Shown here piece after piece: positions 59,302 through 64,000 of a stretch of DNA of 64,000 bases. Location: positions 184,752 through 248,751 of IMG/VR virus record IMGVR_UViG_3300042308_001616; one strand, written 5' to 3'. Under the pieces are notes generated by a model. The model did not search any database. It was given only the letters and a program-made list of their open reading frames with translations, and was not told the origin of the DNA. The translations under genes and the position numbers were made by a program. How positions within the stretch are numbered: the first letter of the stretch is position 1; every line of letters begins with the position of its first letter.

Positions 59302-59859
59302 ATGAAGACTATACTAATACTGGCGTCCGGGAACGGATCGAATACACGGAACATAATCGAACATTTTGCAGGTTCCGAAGAGGTTGGAATAATAGGAGTA
59401 ATCTCTAGCAAGAAAGACGCAGGAGTCGTAGAGGTAGCAAACTCGCTCGGCACTAAATGTCTGGTCGTAGACAAAGAAGAGATTAACTCAGGAAGTTTCT
59501 TAAGCTTTCTGAGAAAAGCGAAACCGACACTTATTGTTCTTGCAGGATTTCTACTGATGGTACCAAAAGACATCACCGATATGTTTCATGTAGTGAACAT
59601 ACATCCATCACTTTTACCGAAACATAGTGGTAAGGGAATGTACGGAATGAATGTACACAGGTCCGTTATTGAATCCGGAGACTTAGAGACAGGAATAACG
59701 ATACATTGGGCGAACGGTGAATATGATAAAGGTGAAATAATAGATCAATACCGTTGCCAGGTACTACCAGGTGACACACCAGAGATACTAAGTGAAAGAG
59801 TACGTAAACTTGAAAAAGAATATCCATTATCAATCGAGCGAATACTTAAAAACATCTGA
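59302..59859 (+). CDS. purN: Phosphoribosylglycinamide formyltransferase
   Basis: LASGNGSN, VLAGF, NIHPSLLPKHSGKGMYGMNVH, TGITIH, YDKG. Confidence 0.9.
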   Translation: MKTILILASGNGSNTRNIIEHFAGSEEVGIIGVISSKKDAGVVEVANSLGTKCLVVDKEEINSGSFLSFLRKAKPTLIVLAGFLLMVPKDITDMFHVVNIHPSLLPKHSGKGMYGMNVHRSVIESGDLETGITIHWANGEYDKGEIIDQYRCQVLPGDTPEILSERVRKLEKEYPLSIERILKNI

Positions 59860-59861
59860 CT

Positions 59862-60164
59862 ATGAAAAGTATAATTGATTCACTATTGAGTAAAAACGAA
59901 AAACAACCAAAGAGAGTTATTCCTTTGGAAGAAATAATATTCAATGTCACTAACTTCAACATCTGGTTCAACCATCCAGAAAACGGCGCGACTTATGCTA
60001 ATCCTGGTATATTCAAAAGAACCGACAAATTGTCTGAGACACATATAGACGAATACCTCGCAAAATGTTACGGTATAGAAAATGGTGCATTCCTTTTCTC
60101 AAAACCTTTCATTGAGATGAAGTCTGACTTACTTAACGACGTAAAACAAAACTGGTCAAACTAA
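59862..60164 (+). CDS. Hypothetical protein
   Basis: ORF track. Confidence 0.5.
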   Translation: MKSIIDSLLSKNEKQPKRVIPLEEIIFNVTNFNIWFNHPENGATYANPGIFKRTDKLSETHIDEYLAKCYGIENGAFLFSKPFIEMKSDLLNDVKQNWSN

Positions 60165-60175
60165 AACAAAGAGAA

Positions 60176-60538
60176 ATGTACTGTATCTGTTGTAAACAAG
60201 ACAAAATAACTCCATACGATCCAATTATGGACGGTCAACTCGGTAAAAAATCCGAGGAGGATATGCTATGGAGAGAGGAGTACAGAAACGGTAGGACACT
60301 CACAGTGGACAACGAAATGGTTAACGGTGGTATCGTACAGTTAATCCACGCAGGTTTCGGATCAGCACACGACACCGATAGTTTCATCATCGCCATCTGT
60401 GACAATTGTATAGCCGAGAATCTCGAGGATGCAACACTCTTACTCTTCCGTAGCGGACACTGGAACGAACCAGAGAAGCACGTCAACGAGTCAAAGAAGA
60501 AATACCGAAGAAGAAAAAACCTAGATGGATTAGTATGA
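60176..60538 (+). CDS. Zn-binding hypothetical protein with C-terminal tag
   Basis: CICC...CDNC; ends RRKNLDGLV. Confidence 0.6.
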   Translation: MYCICCKQDKITPYDPIMDGQLGKKSEEDMLWREEYRNGRTLTVDNEMVNGGIVQLIHAGFGSAHDTDSFIIAICDNCIAENLEDATLLLFRSGHWNEPEKHVNESKKKYRRRKNLDGLV

Positions 60539-60858
60539 AAGTAATACCGCTGAAAAACATAACTCTTTTTGTTCTCGAGACGGTTGTCCCGATAAAGGAA
60601 AATATGACAATCGAAATATGTAAGACCTGCAGAGGTGACATAGTTGTCTACGCCAAATTCTACATCGACGGACAAGGACAGGTTTTCACCGAAAAGGATC
60701 TCGACGACTTCATAGACCAACCAGAAATTCCAAGTTGGTGGATAAACACCTACAACTCGATGATACTGGCAAGGAAAGAGATGCAGAAGCATTTGAGAGA
60801 AAATAGAATCGACGACCTTCTAAAATCAGAAGACTCTGAAGAGTTTATGTGGACCTAG
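60535..60858 (+). CDS. Hypothetical protein with C-terminal tag
   Basis: RENRIDDLLK near the C-terminus. Confidence 0.6.
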   Translation: MKVIPLKNITLFVLETVVPIKENMTIEICKTCRGDIVVYAKFYIDGQGQVFTEKDLDDFIDQPEIPSWWINTYNSMILARKEMQKHLRENRIDDLLKSEDSEEFMWT

Positions 60859-61661
60859 CCCTTCGCGGCGGCGAATATGGCGGCCAACCTCTTCCTAGAC
60901 TCAAAGCCGAGATTGTGCTCGTCGCAGAAACTCTTGAAGTCCACAATAACCGACTTCGGAACAACCGCACCGAAGTCTTCCGAGACCACTTTGACACCAA
61001 CTTTGAACAGGAAGGTTATCCTCCTAAGTTTTATGAATTTCCCATTAGCATTCGGTATGAACTTCTTCCACTTCTGGTAAATCGGGTCTGTCGAGATTAG
61101 TATAAGCTTTTTAGGAGTGGCCCTTCCCGCAGACATTGACGCCGAAGGCTTGGAGTAGTAGCTATCGAACTCGAGTACAGCAACACCGCCTGCGACCGTT
61201 TCTATTCTCTCGACCTGGTCAAGTATCTCGACAATCTGCTCCACTTTCAAATCGTGTGACTTACGTTGCCACCAGTCAATTCTACCCCTATCGCTACCCT
61301 GACCAATCAACATATCGTAGTCCACGACAAGCTCGACCTCTTTATGTTCGGAAAGCTTCTGTATCTTTTTGTCGAACTTCTCGGCCACCCCATCATTGAC
61401 TTTTGCGTTCAACTCTATGGATGTGTAGGAAATCCCTCCCCTGTTGGTGAAGATCCAACCCTCGTGCTGCTCCTCCGGAAAATACAGCGACAAATACGGT
61501 TCCACCGTGTGTGTCATATCGAAGACCTCGTACATCAGTTGGTTCGCGGACGCCACCTCCTCCAGCGATTTGTAGTGGTCACGTAGTTCGGTGACCTTAT
61601 CAGCCACCGCCTTCGCCTGCACTTCATTGTACGCCTCGAAAATTTTTTTCATATGCTTCAT
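60855..61661 (-). CDS. Hypothetical protein with capsid-targeting-like N-terminus
   Basis: Starts MKHMKKIFEAYNE after a TATATA box. Confidence 0.6.
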   Translation of the reverse strand: MKHMKKIFEAYNEVQAKAVADKVTELRDHYKSLEEVASANQLMYEVFDMTHTVEPYLSLYFPEEQHEGWIFTNRGGISYTSIELNAKVNDGVAEKFDKKIQKLSEHKEVELVVDYDMLIGQGSDRGRIDWWQRKSHDLKVEQIVEILDQVERIETVAGGVAVLEFDSYYSKPSASMSAGRATPKKLILISTDPIYQKWKKFIPNANGKFIKLRRITFLFKVGVKVVSEDFGAVVPKSVIVDFKSFCDEHNLGFESRKRLAAIFAAAKG

Positions 61662-61806
61662 ACTCCTATATATAAAAAACAAAAATCTTTAACAGACATA
61701 TAAAAGACATGAGAAGTATAGGACGTTTATTTGGCAGGGTTTTCAGGTTTTTTGCAGAGGTGAACCGAGCACTTCGAGAAATTAACGAAAAAGGAATGGG
61801 ACCAAA

Positions 61807-62298
61807 ATGAAGAAAATTATCAAAAAGAAAGTCGCCAAAGCGATTGTAAAGGAAATGAAGAAAATCACAGAAAGTGATAAATGTATGCCGTTAAGAGAGT
61901 CTGTATACAGGACACCTTACGACCAAGAGACAAGTATAATGATGCTTAATTTCATTAAAAAAATTATCGAACAGAGTGGTACCACAATGGACGTAAGAGC
62001 AGACAGGATATACATAAACTGCAGGGACGTAAAACAAATGAAGACAGGAAAGTTTTCGGGTTATAGTGACGATAGTTATCTCGAGATTGAGATAGACGAG
62101 GAAGGATTCTCCCTCACATATGGCCATACCGGAAGGAACTATTTTGAAGACAAAGAAATCTACACAAAAATAATGAAAGATTTTGAGAACGTCATAATAC
62201 AAAAGAGTAAAACCTCTCTGAACAAGGCGATAGAGAACATCTATTGTGAGTCCGGACTTATAAGAGAAAACAATTTAGACACATTGTTTGAACAATAA
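61807..62298 (+). CDS. Hypothetical protein with C-terminal tag
   Basis: Ends RENNLDTLFEQ. Confidence 0.6.
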   Translation: MKKIIKKKVAKAIVKEMKKITESDKCMPLRESVYRTPYDQETSIMMLNFIKKIIEQSGTTMDVRADRIYINCRDVKQMKTGKFSGYSDDSYLEIEIDEEGFSLTYGHTGRNYFEDKEIYTKIMKDFENVIIQKSKTSLNKAIENIYCESGLIRENNLDTLFEQ

Positions 62299-62311
62299 AA
62301 AAAAATAAAAA

Positions 62312-62515
62312 ATGAGAAACAACGGTATCATTACTAAAAACGAGTACGTCGGAAAGACATACGATGAAGCCAAAAAATACGCAGAAGAAGGAGGTTTCAC
62401 AACACGAATAGTGGAAGAAGATGGAAGAGCACATATGCTCGACTACGACGTAAACGAGAAGAGATTAAACTTTAGACTAAGGAATGACTTCGTAACCGAC
62501 GTTTTCGGAGGATAA
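62312..62515 (+). CDS. Small protein, peptidase-inhibitor I78-like
   Basis: YVGKTYDEA...RIVEEDG...D...RLNF...VT..GG pattern. Confidence 0.45.
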   Translation: MRNNGIITKNEYVGKTYDEAKKYAEEGGFTTRIVEEDGRAHMLDYDVNEKRLNFRLRNDFVTDVFGG

Positions 62516-62531
62516 AAAACAAATCAATAAT

Positions 62532-62999
62532 ATGATAAAGAACACTAAGACAAAAGACGTTGAGGTGGCAAAGAAACTTATCAACATATATCAAAGTTCA
62601 CAAGATAGAAAAATAGATTTCGACCTTAGCTTTGAGTATGTCAAAAGACTTCTCGATCACAAAACTTGTTACTACACAGGAATAGAGTTCACTGAAGAGG
62701 GTGGACATGCCAGGTCTTTCGACCGAATAGATTCAAACCAGGGATATGTTGAGGGTAATGTAGTTGCATGTACCATAGATATAAATGGTAAAAAAGCAAA
62801 TCTAACATTTGAAGAGATAGAAGCACTCTATAAAAAGATACTTACACACCACGAAAAACAAGAACAAAAAAGGATTGAGGCAGAAGCAGAACTAAACAAA
62901 ATACAAGAAGTACCAGACGTTATCGAAAAAACAAAAGCTAAAACTCCAGCAACAACTAAAAGAAGGAGAAGTACCAAAAAGACAGAAGAGAAAGTATGA
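62532..62999 (+). CDS. HNH/EndoVII-like nuclease-fold protein
   Basis: CYYTG...SFDRIDSNQGYVEGNVVAC...N..K. Confidence 0.7.
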   Translation: MIKNTKTKDVEVAKKLINIYQSSQDRKIDFDLSFEYVKRLLDHKTCYYTGIEFTEEGGHARSFDRIDSNQGYVEGNVVACTIDINGKKANLTFEEIEALYKKILTHHEKQEQKRIEAEAELNKIQEVPDVIEKTKAKTPATTKRRRSTKKTEEKV

Positions 63000-63490
63000 T
63001 GAAAATATGTATTCTGGGCCATTGTCGTCACGGAAAAGACACACTTGCCGAAATACTTAATGAGCGATTCGGAATGACTTACATATCTTCATCCGAAGCA
63101 GCTAATAGATACTTCATCTACGAATCTCTCAAAGATAAATACGGTTACAAATCAGAAGAGGAGTGTTTCGACGACAGAGTTAACCATAGAGATGAATGGT
63201 ACTCTATGATATGCAAATACAATCAAAACGATAGTGCTAGGTTATCCAAAAACATATTGGAGAATGCTGATTGTTATGTTGGGATGAGAGACTACGATGA
63301 ATTCATCGGTTCAAAGAATTTGTTTGATTATATTATCTGGGTGGATGCAAGTGAAAGACTTCCTAAAGAAAACGGTACATTCAATATACCAAAAAACGAA
63401 GCAGACATAATAATAGAAAACAATACAACACTTGAAGACTTTACAAAAAAATCAATAAAGTTAGGATTTTTACTATTCAGTAATAAATAA
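62996..63490 (+). CDS. Deoxynucleoside monophosphate kinase-like P-loop protein
   Basis: GHCRHGKDT, GMRDYDE, ADIIIENNTTLEDF. Confidence 0.7.
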   Translation: MMKICILGHCRHGKDTLAEILNERFGMTYISSSEAANRYFIYESLKDKYGYKSEEECFDDRVNHRDEWYSMICKYNQNDSARLSKNILENADCYVGMRDYDEFIGSKNLFDYIIWVDASERLPKENGTFNIPKNEADIIIENNTTLEDFTKKSIKLGFLLFSNK

Positions 63491-63542
63491 AAGAAACCGG
63501 CAAAAGCCGGTTTTTTTATATCCGTATTTTATATATACGGAC

Positions 63543-64000
63543 ATGAAGTATAAATTCAAAGATATGTGTTCCAACACACTGACAAACATAGTCATGACGG
63601 CTTTGTTATCTTTAGTTTTTATCGCATCTAAGATACTTACATTTACCGGAGTAATAGACAACGGATTTAATACAAAATTGATAGAAATATCAAGTTTCCT
63701 TCTTATGTTACCATTCTTCTACAGGATGGTCAGACAACACCTCAATAAAACAGAAGATGTAAAGAAAATAAACGAATACACAACGAAACTAAACAAAACT
63801 CTAATTGATCAATCACACAATCCATTATTCTATGAGGGAGATTTAGAAGAAGGCGCTAGAATATTGACACGAGATGTTGTTGAGGTACTTAACGCAGACA
63901 GGTGTAGTATATGGCTTTATAACGATAATATGGATGCAATTGATTTAGATATGTTATATGAGGCATCAACCAGAAGGTGGAGTGCAGGTGGGACTCTTTA
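63543..64000 (+). CDS. Membrane-anchored GAF-domain sensor protein (partial)
   Basis: Two hydrophobic segments, then GDLEEGARILTRDVVEVLNADRCSIWLYN. Confidence 0.65.
   Translation, partial: MKYKFKDMCSNTLTNIVMTALLSLVFIASKILTFTGVIDNGFNTKLIEISSFLLMLPFFYRMVRQHLNKTEDVKKINEYTTKLNKTLIDQSHNPLFYEGDLEEGARILTRDVVEVLNADRCSIWLYNDNMDAIDLDMLYEASTRRWSAGGTL

Overview
64 kb from a T4-like jumbo/mega phage, AT-rich and using genetic code 11. The host is very probably Bacteroidota, judged from TTTG...TAnnTTTG sigma-A promoters and Bacteroidota-type serA, M42 peptidase, transaldolase, purN and DUF6576-like genes. Contents in order: HAD phosphatase, clpP and serA; a UvsW helicase split by an HNH endonuclease; a baseplate/tail module with gp5-like and gp53-like genes and two paralogous virion proteins carrying different lysin domains; amidoligase, DHH, SlyD, GH108, RlpA and M23 genes; a 5.2 kb cluster of 27 tRNAs; a PRS-like plus NAMPT-like pair (NARP1 candidate); and many small orphans. 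Main discovery: two tRNA operons each begin with a short leader ORF, an antiterminator segment and an intrinsic terminator. The leader codons match the tRNAs downstream (21 consecutive T/N/M/I/V/R/L/C codons before the Asn, Asn, Arg, Ile, Thr, Cys, Met, Val, Leu tRNAs; PQDQDQP before the Gln, Asp, Pro, Asp tRNAs). This looks like ribosome-mediated attenuation that switches on phage tRNAs when the matching host tRNAs run short. Also notable: a split uvsW resembling T4 gene 39-mobA-gene 60 with a 7-nt stop-containing gap, and two mutually exclusive peptide tags (an N-terminal capsid-targeting-like tag and a C-terminal R-x-x-K-I-D-x-L tag). All calls are by eye; no searches were run.
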